In this document: piece by piece, positions 1 to 13,234 of the stretch
How the letters are laid out: every line of letters starts with the position of its first letter
Numbering within the stretch: position 1 is the stretch's first letter
NCBI GenBank assembly: GCA_963575745.1
Contig: CAUYUJ010000059.1
Coordinates: 62,001-126,000, forward strand
DNA length: 64,000 nt
Origin: Prorocentrum cordatum
Taxonomy: Eukaryota
Reading direction: 5' to 3'
The notes under the pieces: model-generated
The model's database searches: none
Told to the model about the DNA's origin: nothing
Seen by the model: only the letters and a program-made list of their open reading frames with translations
Translations under genes and position numbers: made by a program

Positions 1-29
1 TTCGGGGGTCGCCAAGGAGTCCGAGGATT

Positions 30-726
30 TTGCAGCAGCGTATCCATTCTACCAAAGCGCGTCTCGCCGCTGCTGATGGGCGGTTGGGCGCACATGACAA
101 TGAACTTCAAGCTCTCAAGGACGAGATGGGGCGCCTGCGCCATCTCCTCGCCGCGGCGGAGCAGCGCCCTGCGGCTCCTCCTCCCGTTCCGTCGGGCTTC
201 GACCGCGATGTGGACCCATCCATCGTGCTGGCCATCGCCCGGCGCCCCACTTCCCTCTCAGAGGTCAAGGCCTCGCTGCAGCAGTGTGTGCTCGACCCGG
301 GCTTCCAGGCGGAGGAGGTCGAGATCCAGGCGCTGGGCCCCCTCCCGTCGAGGCGGTTCGCGGTGCAAGTTCCTCGGGCTTGCTGCGCCTGCCGCGCGGC
401 GGGCTGCTGAGTTGCTCGGTTGTCTCAAGAAGCGGGGCGGCACCTGGCACGAGTTCTCGGCTTCGTGTGGCACTAACTCGCAGTGTCGCTTGCACCTGGG
501 CCCTGACAAGAGTCCGAAGCAGATCCGTCTGGAGGTCACACTGCGTCGCGTCCGCCAGGCGCTTGCTGCTGCCTACCCTCAGGACAAGATCTTCATGGAC
601 AAGGAGCGCGGCACGTTGTCGGTCGAGTGGTCCCGCATCGCCCGCATCTCTGTTTTCCCCGGCAATGAGGCGCCGCAGATACACTGGGGGCCCACCAACC
701 TGGCCAAGGTCGGCTGGAATAAGTAG
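30..726 (+). pseudogene. LINE ORF1 remnant (frameshift near 370)
   Basis: Coiled-coil-like N-terminus (ELQALKDEMGRLRHLL), continuing in the next frame with PDKSPKQIRLEVTLRRVRQAL...DKERGTLSVEW; lies directly upstream of the endonuclease domain. Confidence 0.6.
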
Positions 727-850
727 CGCTGCCTCGACGCCTGCCGCCCTCTCACGACCCCTGAAGCCGAGGAGAGTTGGTGTCTTTAGCATATGCAAGC
801 CGTTTGTCTGCACTTCGCCTAGGCGCGGGCCCCCGCGGGCCCCACCCAGG

Positions 851-3800
851 TTTGCCACGCGGAACTGTCGCGCGCTGCTTCAAGCAGCTGGGGCGAAAGC
901 TAGCTTGAAGAGGGAATACTCGGCTCGTCCCTCGCCGCGCAACACCATCATCTGTTCAATCAAGTTCATCCGAACGAACTTCAACTTCGAGCTTTTCTTC
1001 GTGCTGTGGACCCTGGCATCACTGTCTTCACCAGCTTCTGTGAGGGACTGGGTGGGCGGATTCGCGGTGGGATCGCGATTATGTTGCCTCCGTTCGCTCA
1101 GTTTGGGGGCTCTCGTGTCGAGTCGAGGAGGGCTGAGTTGGTTCCTGGCAGAGTTTTACGTGTCTCAATTTTGTGTGATGGCATCTCCTTCGTGGTCTAC
1201 AACGCACACAACCATGACCTGACCCGCGCGGAAGGTCCAGTCGGTCATGTCCGACATCTCCACCTCGCTCCGCTACGCCGCTGGGGATCCCGGGATGCGC
1301 TTCGCCCTGGTCAATGGCGACTTCAATTTCTCTGACGCCGACTCCTTGCTGCTGAATGCACCGGCGGCGGCGCTCAAGCCGTCTGGGCGGCAGCATCATG
1401 CTCGAGCTCCTCTCTGGCGCGCGGCATTGGCCCGCGTGCTAGCGCTGGAGGGGCAGGAGCCGACGTGCTACGTCCGCGGCCAGAACTCGGAGGCGATCAT
1501 CGACAGTGTAATCGTCTCCATGCCCAGCTGGCTTGCCCGTCAGCACTTCTCCCTGTCCTCGGTGCTGGGCGCCGCCGCGGACGTTGCCGACAAAAGGATG
1601 TCCGATCACACTGCCGTCGTTGTCTCTATCTCGCCCCGCTCTCCCAAGCCACCGTCGGAGCGCGCTCTCACCAGGCACTTGTGCAAGGAGCCCTTCCTTC
1701 GCAAGAATTTGCAGGAGCTCAGTGACATGACTGACTGGGCTGGGCTATCACCTCCGCTCCGCCTCGAACATTTCAAGTTTTTGATGCGCGAGGCCGGCCG
1801 TGCGACACGCGATGTTCTGTTTCGAGACCGCCCTTGTCACCTCCGCGCGTTGTTGCCGTTCGCTCGGCCGATTGCTCGCGCGATATGGAGGGGTGATCGC
1901 GCGTTGGTCGGACGTTTTCTGGCATCGCACCCGCTTGCTGCCGATCACCTTGCCCTCGCCCGCATCGGGCGTCGAGTGGTCGCCATGGGTTCAGAGGGGG
2001 GCCGCTACTCGAGCGCGAGGAGCTTGAGTCTCGCATTCGTGATGGGGGCAACGCTCGCCAGCTTCGCCTCGTTTGTCGCGCTCAAAAACGCAAAGCTCGC
2101 CTCTGGTCTCCGCTCGGGCGCCGTCTGGCTCTCTCTGGCACTGCGTGCGACGTCCAGGGCGCGGTTTCGGATCCTGAGGCTCGGTTCCAAGCTCTCGGGG
2201 GTTGCTGGAAGCCGGTGTTCTCTCGGAAGCCTTGGAACAAGCAGCTTGCTTCGGAGTATGTTCGCAAGTGGATCCCAGACGTCTCGCAGGTCTCGCCCCC
2301 TCCCCCCGCCCCTCGTTTTCTTCGGAAGGTACTTCTACGTGCCCAGGACTCCGCCACTGGTGTCGATGGGGCCCCCCATGAGGCCTGGCTTGCGGCGCCG
2401 TCGGGCATTGACATATTGTGCCCCCCCCCCCCCCCCGCCCCCCTCGAATAATTGCTGGATGGGCAGGCTCTGTTCGATGCTGCCAGTATTACTATCCAAG
2501 CGTTCTTACCGAAAGCCATCACAGAGGGGGAGCTGCGTGATGCTCAGTGCGTGCGGGCGCCTGATAAGGTGCGAGCTCTTGGTCTCAGCAACACCGACAT
2601 TAAGGTGCTGTCTGCCAGTGTCAACGCCGCCCTCCGCCCGCTTCTTCAAGCTGCTGCGCCGCGCTGTCAGCGCGGCTTTGTTCCGCGTCGGAACCCTGGC
2701 ACGAACATTCTGGAGCTCGATGTCTCGTCGCGGCAACTGTCGGTCACCCCTCGGCGCTCCCATGACTTCCCCATCCTGTTCCCCCTTGACTTCGGCCAGG
2801 CCTTCCCCTCCCTGAACCAAGACTTCCTGCTGTTCCTCCTGGGCCCCTTGGGCCCCCCGCTCCCGCGCCTGGACTTCGCTCAGTTCCTCTACGCCGCCAT
2901 CGAGGGCATCGTTCAGGCGCGGGGAGTGTTCAAGCGGATCTACTGGCTCCGTAGTGGCATCATTCAGGGTTGCGGGCTCTTTGGGACCCTCTTCGCCCTG
3001 GGCTCCTCGTTCTTCCTGGAGGACTTGCACAGGCCTCGATTGAAGGCGCTCAGCTTGGTCTCGCGTGGGCCTGTGCGGACGACATCGGGGGCGCGCTGTC
3101 TCGGGCCGCTGGCTCTGCTATCTCGGGTCCATCGCGCCATGTCCGTTGCCGCTCAGATCGCGAACCTGGTCTTGGAAACCGCCAAGTGCAAGGTGGTTCC
3201 GTTGTGCACCAAGTTCTTGGAAGCTCTAGCGGGCGACGTACCCCGCGCCATAGCTGCTTCGGTGCCTGAGTGGGCCGCGTTCGAAGTTGTCCCGCCCCTG
3301 GTGTATCTGGGCATCCACATGGGCCCTGCTGCTGGCCCCGCCGTTTACTGGACAGACCCCCCTGCCAAATGTCGGCTCAGATCTGCGGCTACTGGGCGGG
3401 GCACCACTCCTGCCAGCCTCTCCTCGATCCTGTGCAACGCCAGGGCTATGAGTGCAATATCATACGTCTGTCAGTCCACGTGGATCCCGACGGAGTTGTT
3501 GAAATTCGAACTCTCGGTCCTGGCGCAGGTCTTCCGTGTCCCGCTTGGGGTCTTCAATCACAGTGCGTGGTGCCGGCTAGTGTCCAGGGGTGGTCCTCGT
3601 GGTTCGCTGGCTTCATCTGACTGCGGCGTCCTTGGTGCGGGCTGCGTTGTGGGCCGTTCCTGAGCATGAGCGGCTTCGGGGCGACCTTGTTTCACGCGCA
3701 GCTGCTCGGCCGCTCTGGCATGCCCTCGACATGTTGCGGACGGGCGCCGCTTACCCGAGGAGTTTCTGGCAGGCCCCGCCTGCGTCGAGGTCGCGGCTGG

Positions 3801-4427
3801 CGCAGCGGCGGGCGCGGCGCCCCCCCAGGGCGCAGCGGCTCTCCTTCCTCATGCGGTCGCGGCCGCGCGCGCTGAGACTGCCGACGCTGATTTCGTCGCC
3901 CTCGGCCTCAACGCGCTGCGCATCGCGCGCTGCGTGAACTTGTTCTACGCGAGGCGCCGCTGGAACGGCCACTCGCTCTTCGGTTGGGCGCGCTTCTCGG
4001 CCAGCGGCGCTCCGCCCTCGCCGCCGTCGACTGGGCTCAGGTGCGCCCGGCCCTGGGCTGTGCTCCGAACGTGGGCGGATGGGTGGCTGATCTCGTCGCG
4101 GATCGTTCGCCCCCGCGGGCTGCGCGGCAGCGCCTGTGAGCGCGCGCGCGCCCCTGGCGCTCTTCGACACTATGCGCGTTGTCGCCCTCTGCATCGCGCG
4201 CTGCGTCAGGCGCTCGGCAGTGCCTTCCCGCTTCCGCTTCTCAAGCGCTGGGCGATCGCGCCCCCCTCTTCGGCGGCGGCGTCGTCGATGACCGCGGCGC
4301 ATGGCGCGCACCGCACTTCCAAGATTACCCCTTCCTGGCCGCTTTCCTTCGAGCAGACGTCCAGTTGCGCCCTGGCTGGCGCGCGAGCCACGCGCGTGGC
4401 GATTCCTTTGAAGCGCGCGACGATTGA
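851..4427 (+). pseudogene. LINE ORF2 remnant: APE endonuclease + reverse transcriptase
   Basis: APE motifs: FATRNCRAL, GGIAIML, VYNAHN, GDFNF (~1316), IIDSVIVS, SDH (~1601). RT motifs: SATGVDG, FLPK, RALGLSNTDIK, QRGFVPRR, LDFGQAFPS, SGIIQGC, CADD (3072-3083; degenerate YADD), YLGIHMG. C-terminal RTWADGW and LRHYARC. Confidence 0.9.
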
Positions 4428-5769
4428 GCGCCAGCCCCTCCAGCCAGCGGTCCTGGATGTGGCTGCGGCGGACGGCTCATCTGCCTCATCATCGTCCGCG
4501 TCCATGTCTACTTCTGCCTCCTCTTCGTCCTCTTGCTCTCGCTCTTCCTCGGCTTCGTCTGCGAGGGCCCGCTCGCCGCTGGCGGTCTCCTCGTCCTGTC
4601 TCTCGCCGAGGGCCCCATGGCTCCTCCTCGTCCTCTCCGTCGACTCCGAGGGCTACCCCCTCTAGTTATGCGTGTCCGTCTTCGTTGACTGCTACGTCTT
4701 CCTCAGTGGCGTGCTCCTCCCCCGCTCCGCTCCGTCGCGCCCATTGCCTCTCGCCCGACCCTCTCCCTCCTCGCGCCCCGATTATTTCGATTCCTGCTCG
4801 GAACACACCGTCTAGACGCAATTTCTCCACCCGCCCCGTTGCGGGCGTCTCCTCCCCCTCTGGCCCTTCGCTCCTGAGCGCTGCGGTTGCCGACGCTTGC
4901 TCCTCCCCTTCCCCCATCGCCCCCACGAGCCCGATGCGCGTTGCCGCGCCTTCGGCCCCCTGGCCGCGGCGCCCACTCTGGCGTTTTGCTGGAGTGCGAG
5001 GTGTTCAGGCCAAGAGCGCCTGCCGCTCCCGCCCCGCCGCCTGCTGAGGCTGGGGGGGCATGCGGAGGTGGGATGGAGCCTTTTTTGTACGCTCGTCTCC
5101 TCCTCCTCCTCTTCTTCCTCCTCCTCCTTCTCCTATTCCTCCTCCTCCTCCGCGTCCTCCTCCTCCTCCTCTTCCTCCTCTTCCCCCTTAGGCTCATCAG
5201 AAGCTGGCCACATTGGAATTTTCGCCCTGCCCTCCCACGGAGTGGGCGTCGCAGCAGAAGCTGGCAGAAAAGCCCACCTGACAGCACGACAGTCATCCAG
5301 CTGCTTGCGGCAAGTCCCGCCACCGTGCCAGCCCAGCGCCATGGGTTGCGACGAGTGTTCGGGGGGGGGGCGCACAGGAGGCCGTAATGTGCAACACCTC
5401 GTGTCCCGAGGCTTGCGAGAGCCGTATACGTGACGCAGTCTTCCACGTCGCGTCGGTGGTTTTGTTTCTTGTCTTCGTCGTCATCCCCCTGTTCTTCCGT
5501 CTTTTCTCGGGCTCCCGTAGGGCAATATTGGGGGCCCCCTGGGGCACGTTTTGGTCAGTTTCGTGGCTCTTTTGGGCCGTCCTGGGGCCTCTTGACCGTC
5601 TGGGTGTTCCCTCTAAGGGCTTCCTGTGTACAAGGCCCTCCTTTGCCACAGCGCAGCAGCCGACAGGTCAAATCCTACTACTGCCGTTTCGGGGAAAAAG
5701 ATCGTTCAGAACCCGCCAGTCGGCAAACAGAAAAGGACCCAGCGCGAGCGCGCCGAGCTTAGGAGGATG

Positions 5770-6702
5770 GATAGAGGAGGAGGAGGAGGAGGAGGAGGAG
5801 GAGGAGGAGAGGAGGGAGGAGGAGGGGAGGAGGAGGAGGAGGAGGAGGAGGAGGAGGGGGAGGAGGAGGAGGAGGAGGAGGAGGAGGAGGAGGAGGAGGA
5901 GGAGGAGGAGGAGGAGGAGGGGGAGGAGGAGGAGGCGGAGGCGGAGGCGGAGGAGGAGGAGGAGGAGGACGAGGAGGAGGAGGAGGAGGGGAGGAGGAGG
6001 AGGAGGAGGAGGGGGAGGGGGTGAGGGGGAGGGGGGGGGAGGAGGAGAAGTAGGAGGAGGAGGAGGAGGGGAGGAGGGAAAGGAGGGGGAGGAAAGGGAG
6101 GAGGAGGTGGAGGAGGAGGAGGAGGACGAGGACGAGGAGGAGGAGGAGGAGGAGGAGGAGGAGGACGAGGAGGAGGAGGAGGAGGAAAAGGACGAGAGGA
6201 GACCAGGAGGACCAAGAGGACCAGGAGGATGAGGAGGAAAACCAGGAAAAGGAGGAGGAGGGATGGGGGATGGCCCCCCCTCTTCCATCACCCCTGGCAC
6301 TCACTTGGCTGCGGGGGCGAGCAGGATCCCTGGGCCAGCGCCGCCGCTGATCCATGGGCCGCCGCGGCCGCCGACCCCTGGGCCGCCGCGGCCGCCTCCT
6401 GCACCGGCGCTGGAGCGGCGGCGCCCGCAGGTGGGTGCTCATCCGTGTCTCTCCTTCCGACCTCCTCCTCCTCCTCCTCCTTGTCCTCCTCCTCCTCCTC
6501 CGCTTCCTTGTCCTCCTCCGCCTCCTCCTCCTCATCCTCCTCCTCCTCCTCCTCCTCCTCCTCCTCCTCCTCCTCCTCCCTCCTTTCCTCCTTCCTTGTC
6601 CTCCTCCTTGTCTCCTCCTCCTCCTCCTCCTCCTCTCTCCTCCTCCTCCTCCTCCTCCCTCCTCCTCATCCTCCTCCTCCTCCTCCTCCTCCTCCTCCTC
6701 CT
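5770..6702. repeat. (GAG)n and (CTC)n microsatellite tracts around a 200-bp unique core; similar tracts recur throughout the window
   Basis: Read directly; other tracts near 5095, 12900, 17350, 17700, 19280, 22190, 37730, 48060, 49070, 55000-55520 and 58975. Confidence 0.95.
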
Positions 6703-7043
6703 AGGTGCGCAGTTCTCCTTCTTGCCCGACTGTGCATGACACGATGTTGTTTGGGGGGGAGTTCCAGATCCGCCATGGCACGCTTCTGCGGATACGGGAC
6801 AAATAGCCCAATGGGAGGGGATGGGTGGGAGGGTTAGGATGTCAGTTACGGCGCGATCGCGCCCAGCTTGTCCTTGTCTGTCCCCCCCCTTGCCTTGAGG
6901 ACATTTGTCTCAACGCGGGGATCCCCCTATGTGCATCTCTGTCCTGGTCCTTGCATGTCTGTGCGTCTGGGTACGAGTGTGTCTGAGTGCCCACGGGCCC
7001 TCCTCATCCCAGAGACAAAAACTGCAGAACCATCTGTTACGTA

Positions 7044-7198
7044 GACTCGCGGAGGTCTGTGCGGTTTTCCTGGGCCTGCGCTGGCCCCCCCCCCCCCCCC
7101 GACGGTGCATCCGGCGGCGCCCTCTGGCACGCTTCGCTCGCCAGGGGAAGGGGGGTCAGCGAAGACCTGGTACATCCGCGCCGCCCGCCGAAAGTTCC
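7044..7198. mobile_element. Diverged copy of the TA-flanked palindromic MITE at 23597
   Basis: GGAGGTCTGTGCGGTTTT...CATCCGCGCCGCCCGCCGAAAGT aligns end to end with 23597-23738. Confidence 0.55.
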
Positions 7199-8129
7199 TC
7201 GACTTGAAATGAGTTCTCGTCCCCACGAATGCGGCGCAAGCTGACGGTCTTACCTGCAGGCTCGCGTGTAGCTCATTGTGCTGGCAAGTTGCGCACACAG
7301 AGACAATCGCAATGCCGCGTCGATCCGACCCTCCTCTCCTCCCTCTCCCTTCTCCCACCTCTTTCCCACCTCCTCCCCCTGCCTTGCCCCTCCCCTCCCC
7401 TTCCCTTCCCCCCTTGCCGTGGTGCGGCGCGTGCTGAAGGGAAGGCGCCAAAGCCTCCGGGGCACGCGGGCGGAGTGCTGCCCCCCGTGCGTCTCCTGCG
7501 CCGTGGGGCGCTGACGGGGGCGTCGGCTGGCGTCACAGTTGGCAACCACACCAGTCCTCCCTCTTAGGTCTTCTTACGTGTGCCCCTAAGAAGAAACCGG
7601 ATGGGCCCGCCGAGAGTTCGCCACAGTGCCGCCCGTGGGCGCCGCGTCGGCGGCTCGTGCGCTGGATGGTGGCGGCGGCCTGCGTGGCCTGGGGCTCCGG
7701 GCGTCGGGGAGGTCCTCGGCCCCCGCAGTCTCGGAGGGAGGAGGAGCGGCACCAACACCACCAGGGGGCCCACCTCCAGCGAGGAGGACCACGGCGCCTC
7801 CCCGAGCTGGAGGCGGGGGATGCCTCGAGCGAGAGGGGGGGGGCCACGCCACCAGGGAGACCCCCCCTGTGCTCCGCGAATCTCCTCGCCCTGTTGGTGC
7901 TGGTGTCGCCTTTCCTTGTTCCTATCAGTCGTCCAGCCGCCCATGCCCCCGGCGCGGTGGGCGGGCCGCGCGCGGCTGGAGCGGAGGGGCGCGCCTTCGG
8001 TTGGAGCGCGCGGCTCGGCCTGGGCGAGGGCGGGCGGCAGCTCCTGGTCGTGCCGCCACGGCGCTGGACGAAGGGTCCGTTTGGGCTCACGAGGTGCTCC
8101 GGTTGTCGGGCCGTTCCTCGGGTCTTGTC

Positions 8130-8366
8130 TCGTGGAGGACGGTCAACGGAGAGGGAGCATGCTGCCAAATAATTCCCAGATGAATGAAACAATGTTTCAA
8201 ACATGTTTCAAATATGTAGAACATGTTTGGAACGCGTTTAGGACATGTCTTACACATCTTAAACACAGTTTAAATTCAAGGATAGGACATGTCTTACACA
8301 TCTTACAAACACAGTTTAAATTCACTGGTAGGACTGTTAGGGTGTCCACTGTCGTGGCAGCCACAG
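8130..8366. mobile_element. MITE family M1 (TTGTGGA...TCCACAA-type ends, 8-bp TSD) with an internal ~44-bp duplication
   Basis: Homologous to 23390 and 24526; flanks GTCTTGTC / GTCCTGCC (6/8). Confidence 0.75.
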
Positions 8367-8470
8367 GTCCTGCCGGTCAACCTGTCCGTAGCCCAGGCCC
8401 GCCGTGGCCAGGAGAGCCCGTTGGGTTCCTACTCTCTGTGCTCGCCAGGGCAGCACGGTGAGCTGTCTCC

Positions 8471-8765
8471 GCCTGGAAGGCCTCTCGAGTGGGCATGGCT
8501 CCTTCGGTGTGCCCGTGGAGTCGGTCCCCGCGGGCGTCGATAATAGGCCGTGGCACGGCACGACGATTTGTTTCGGCCTGGAGGGCCTCTCGAGTGGGCA
8601 TGGCTCCTTCGGTGTGCCCGTGGAGTCGGTCCCCGGGCGTCGAGCATAGGCCAGGCGACCGCGACCGCGACGAGTTGTTTTGGCCTGGAGGGCCTCTCGA
8701 GGGGGCCTGGCTCCTCCTTCAGTACGCCTGTGGAGTCGGCTCCCCGGGCTTCAAACCTAGGCCGC
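8471..8765. repeat. Three tandem ~105-107 bp units
   Basis: GCCTGGARGGCCTCTCGAG starts at 8471, 8576 and 8683. Confidence 0.85.
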
Positions 8766-9419
8766 AGCACAGCGCGGGTGTCGGCTGTGGCGGAGCCGAG
8801 CTACAGGCAACCGCGGCAGGGATGCGCGCAGAGCTGAGTCGTCGCTGTCCGTGGAGGCGCCGGCCCCGGACCTGGTGTCCGAGCCCGGGACGTCGGTGGA
8901 GTCGGACGTGGTGCCCGAGCCGACACCTTTGGCGTGGACGGGGGCGTGGGTGGTGGCAGCGGTGTTGGTCGGAAACTGGAACATATGCACTGCCAGTGGC
9001 GGGCTGTCTTTCAATCCCAGGACCTCTGGAGGGTCGAGGACGACGCTGGGATGGTGTGGTGTACACTGGTTTCCCCGACGTCCTGGGAAAACAACGAAAA
9101 ATGTATACACCAGGGTCAGGTACACACCAGGATCCGCTCTCAAGTGCAAATTCCCATGCAGGGCTGGAAGAAGCGTCGGTGCATATAGAGTTCTGCCGCC
9201 GTCTTCTGCCCGCATGCGGAGTCGCCAGGTTGTCCCACCCCTCGAGTCTTGCCCTGGTGCGACCCCGCCGGTGGAGCCCTTGTTCGATGGTCTCGCCAAG
9301 ACCGGTGCCGAGGTCCATCGTGAGGAGAGCGGCAGGGTCCCACTCCGCAGGGCGCTCAGCGAAGCACGAGGGGGGGGCGCCCGCGTGGCCGACTGGTGCA
9401 CCGCCGCGCAGATGAAGCG

Positions 9420-10165
9420 GGCACGGCCCCAAGACGGCCCCAAGAGGGCCCCAAAGGAGCGCTCGTGAAGGGCCCACGGCGACCAGGGAGGCCCCCAATA
9501 ATCCGGTCCCAGAGGCCCCCAAGACGGCCCAGGGAAGCGCCGAGACGGCCCACGACGGTCCCGCAGGCCCCCGGGAGGCCCCAAGGCGGCTCCCCAAGAG
9601 GACCCCCAGGCGGGCCCCAAGGGGCAATCATTGCCGATTTTTTGCAGGAGGCAAGCATGCACGATTTCCGGTCGGTTTCTGCGTGTTTTTAGCGTTCTCG
9701 TTTTTGTCGGTTTTCGACCGCTTGCACAGGGCGTCCCAGGTCGCCCCCAATACGACCCAGGACCTCCAAAAGGGCCCTAAGACGGCCCAACAGGGTCCCA
9801 AGACGGCAACAGCAAGATGGCCTCATATGCCCCGAAGACGGCCCAAGAGAGAAGAGAGGTCAAAGTGGGCCCCTAGAAGACGTTCCAAGAGCGCTGCGGA
9901 GGGCCGAAGATGGCATCAAGACGGCCCTTCAAGACGGCCCAAGACTGAGGCCTCCAGGGCGGCCCAAGAGAACCCCGAGAGGACCTCCAAGAGGGCCTCA
10001 AGGGGCACGCGTCATTTCTTTGTTCGTTCGGTTGTCGAGTGGTGTTGGCGTCCCCGTTTTTTTCTCGCATCCCGACCGGCCAAGGCGGCCCCATGGGCTT
10101 CCCGGGTCGGCGCAAGACCGCCGACGAGGCCCCCGACAGGGCGTCCAGACGGCCCAAGAGGAACA
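9420..10165 (+). repeat. Dispersed degenerate ~10-11 bp (CCCCAAGAGG / CCAAGACGGC) repeat family
   Basis: Also at 52700-53220 and 56740-56900 (+), and at 5520-5600, 27860-28470, 30360-30520 and 38200-38360 (-). Confidence 0.85.
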
Positions 10166-10184
10166 CACGATGGATGGGGATGGG

Positions 10185-10616
10185 GGCGACGACGACGACG
10201 ATGGCGATGATCACGACGCTGACATTGACGACTTCCGGGAGTCTCGCGAGGTCTCCAGAGGCCCTCGGAGACCTCCGCGGAGGCCTTCCGATGCCAAAAC
10301 GGGGGCAGGAACGGACAGGCGCGGATGGGAACCTCGACGCCGCAGCCGATGGACGGCGTCGCCGACGCCGCCAGACAACGCTGTCCATGCCGCCCGCGAC
10401 GCCGACGACGAAGACGACACCGCCGACGACGCCGACGACAGCGCCGAAATTGAAAACGACGATGACGACAGCGCCGACGACGGAAACGACGCAGACGACG
10501 TCGACGACAACGATTGCGAAGACCGCGACGATGAGGACGACGATGACGACGCAGACGCCGACGCCAGCGCCGACTTCGACGCCGACGCCGACGTCGACGC
10601 CGACGCCGCCGCCGCC

Positions 10617-10659
<43 letters not shown>

Positions 10660-10757
10660 CCGCCGCCGACGCCGACGCCGACTCCGACGCCGACGACGCC
10701 GACGCCGACGCCGAGGCCGACGCCGACGCCGGCGACGACGACGACGACGACGACGAA

Positions 10758-10802
<45 letters not shown>

Positions 10803-11472
10803 AGCGCTGGCGACGACGCCGACGCCTGCACCGACGCCGACGCCAGCGCTTGCGCCGACGCCGACGCTGACGACGCCGACGCCGAAGAGACGCCGACGAC
10901 GAAGACGACGACGGCCATGGCGACGACGACCACGACGCCTGCACCGACGCCAGCGCCGACGCCAACGCCGACGACGACGACGACGCCGATGACGACAACG
11001 ACGCTGACGACGACGACAACGACGACGACGCTGACCATGACGACGACGACGCCGACGACAACGCCGACGACGATGACGACGAAGACGATGCTGACGCCGA
11101 CGTCGACGCCGACACCGACGCCGATGCCGAAGCGACCGACGACGATGACGCCGACACAAATGCCGACGCCGACGTCGACTTCGAAGACGACGCCGGTGAC
11201 GATGACGCTGTCGGCGCCGCCGACGACGCTGACGACGAAGCCGACGACGACGCCGACGACAGCGCCGACGGCGAAAACGACGAAGACAGCGCCGAAAACG
11301 GAAACGATGCAGACGCCGTCGACGAAGACGGCGAAGACCGCGACGATGAAGATGAGGCAGGCGACGACGACGACGCCGACGCTGACGCCGATGCCGATAC
11401 CGACGCCGACGACCTCGATGCCGACGAAGCCGTCGACGCCGACGACGACGACGCCGACGCCGACGCCGAGGC

Positions 11473-11509
<37 letters not shown>

Positions 11510-11865
11510 TCAGCCGACGCCGACGCCGACGCCGACGCTGACGCCGACCACGACGACTCCGACGAAAACGACGCAGACGACGCCGATGCCGCCGCCGCCG
11601 ACGACGACGCCGACGCCGCCGACGACGACGACTTCGACGACGACGACGACGACGACGCCGACGCCGTTGACGACGTCGACGACGACGCTTCCGCCGCCGA
11701 CGACGACGACGCCGCCGCCGCCGACGACGACGACGACGACGCCGCCGCCGCTTCCGCCGCTGCCGCCGCCGCCCTCGACGACGACGACGACGTCGACAAC
11801 GACGAGGACGAGGACGAGGACTAGGACGACGCCGCCTCATCCGCCGCAGTCGCCGCCGCCGCCGA

Positions 11866-11898
<33 letters not shown>

Positions 11899-12650
11899 AG
11901 AGGACTACGAGATGAACGACGACGACGACGCCGCCGCCGACGCCGACGACGACGACTACGAGGTGGACGACGACGCGGCGTCGCCGACGCCGACGCCGAC
12001 GCCGACGCCAATGCTGATGCCGACGACGAAAACGACGACGACGCCGCCGACGACGCCGACGACGACGACGACGACGAATACCACAGCGATGACGACGACG
12101 ACGACGACGACGACGGAGTCGACGCAGACGACGACGACGCCGACGCCACCGACGCCGATGCCGACGCCGACGCCGACGCCGAGGCCGACGCCGATGCCGA
12201 CGCCGATGCTGATGCCGACGACGAAAACGACGACGAAAACGACGCGTCCGACGAAGCCGACGACGACGACAAAGACCACAGCGATGACGACGACGACGAC
12301 GACGACGACGACGGAGACGACGCAGACGTCGCCGTCGCGGACGCCGACGCCGACGCCGATGCTGACGCCTCCGCCGCCGACGCCGATGCCGACGCCGACG
12401 ACGACGACGCCGATACAAACGCCGACGCCGACGCCGAAGACGTTGCCGATGACAGCGACGCAGACCACGCCGCCGACGACGCTGACGATGAAGCCGACAC
12501 CGCCGAGGACGCCCACGACGAAGACGGCACAGACGACAGCGCCGCGGACGGAAATGATGCAGAGGCCGACGACGAAGACGGCGAAGACCACACGACGAAG
12601 ACGGCGGCGGCGACGGCGACGACGACGAGGACGAGGACGACGACGACTGC
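10185..12650. repeat. (GAC/GCC)n minisatellite with an internal recurring block
   Basis: Trinucleotide runs; the block GACAGCGCC...GGAAAYGAYGCAGA...GCGAAGACC recurs near 10465, 11285 and 12535. Confidence 0.9.
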
Positions 12651-13234
12651 GGCTCTACGGCGGCTTTACGGCGGCGGGCGGCGGCCGGCTCCGCGGGGCG
12701 CGCGCAGGCGGCCGCGCGGGCGGCGGGGGCCCTGGCCGCGCCGGCGGCGGCCCGCGGGCGGGCGGCGCGGAGGGCGCCGACGGAGCCGGCGCCCCCCGCG
12801 GCGCGGGCCGGCCGCCGGCGGGCGGCCGCGGCGACGACCGTGGGCCGGCGGCTCGGACCGCGCTGCCCCGCCCGGGCGTTACGTCGGGCCTGTCCTCCTT
12901 CTCGTGCCTCCTCCTCCTCTCTGCCTCCTCCTTCCTCCTCCTGCCTCCTCCTGTCCTCCTCCTCTCCTCCTCTCCTCCTCCTCCTCCTCCTCCTCCTCCT
13001 CCTCCTCCTCCTGCCTCCTCCTGTCCTCCTTCTCCTGCCTCCTCCTTCTCCTCTCCTGCCTCCTCCTCCTGCCTCCTCCTCCTCCTTTCCTGCTCCCGCT
13101 CCCAGGGCCCCGTCGTGCCGGTCCGGAGCCCCAGCGCGTGGGGGGGCGGGCTCAGGGGAAAGCAGCATCGGCACCCGATGTCGTTGATCGGGGGTGGACA
13201 GACCTCCTACCCTGACACGTCGATGAGTCTTGGC

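Larger units (their letters stand above)
1..4430 (+). mobile_element. Degenerate non-LTR retrotransposon (LINE, L1/Tx1-like ORF1 + APE-RT-zinc-finger layout); 5' end may lie outside the window
   Basis: ORF1, endonuclease, RT and C-terminal motifs occur in the expected order across several frames, with many frameshifts. Confidence 0.9.

Noticed and set aside
9140..9420. Minus-strand ICTDASS suggesting an RNase H relic
   Set aside because: A single motif with no convincing neighbouring motifs.
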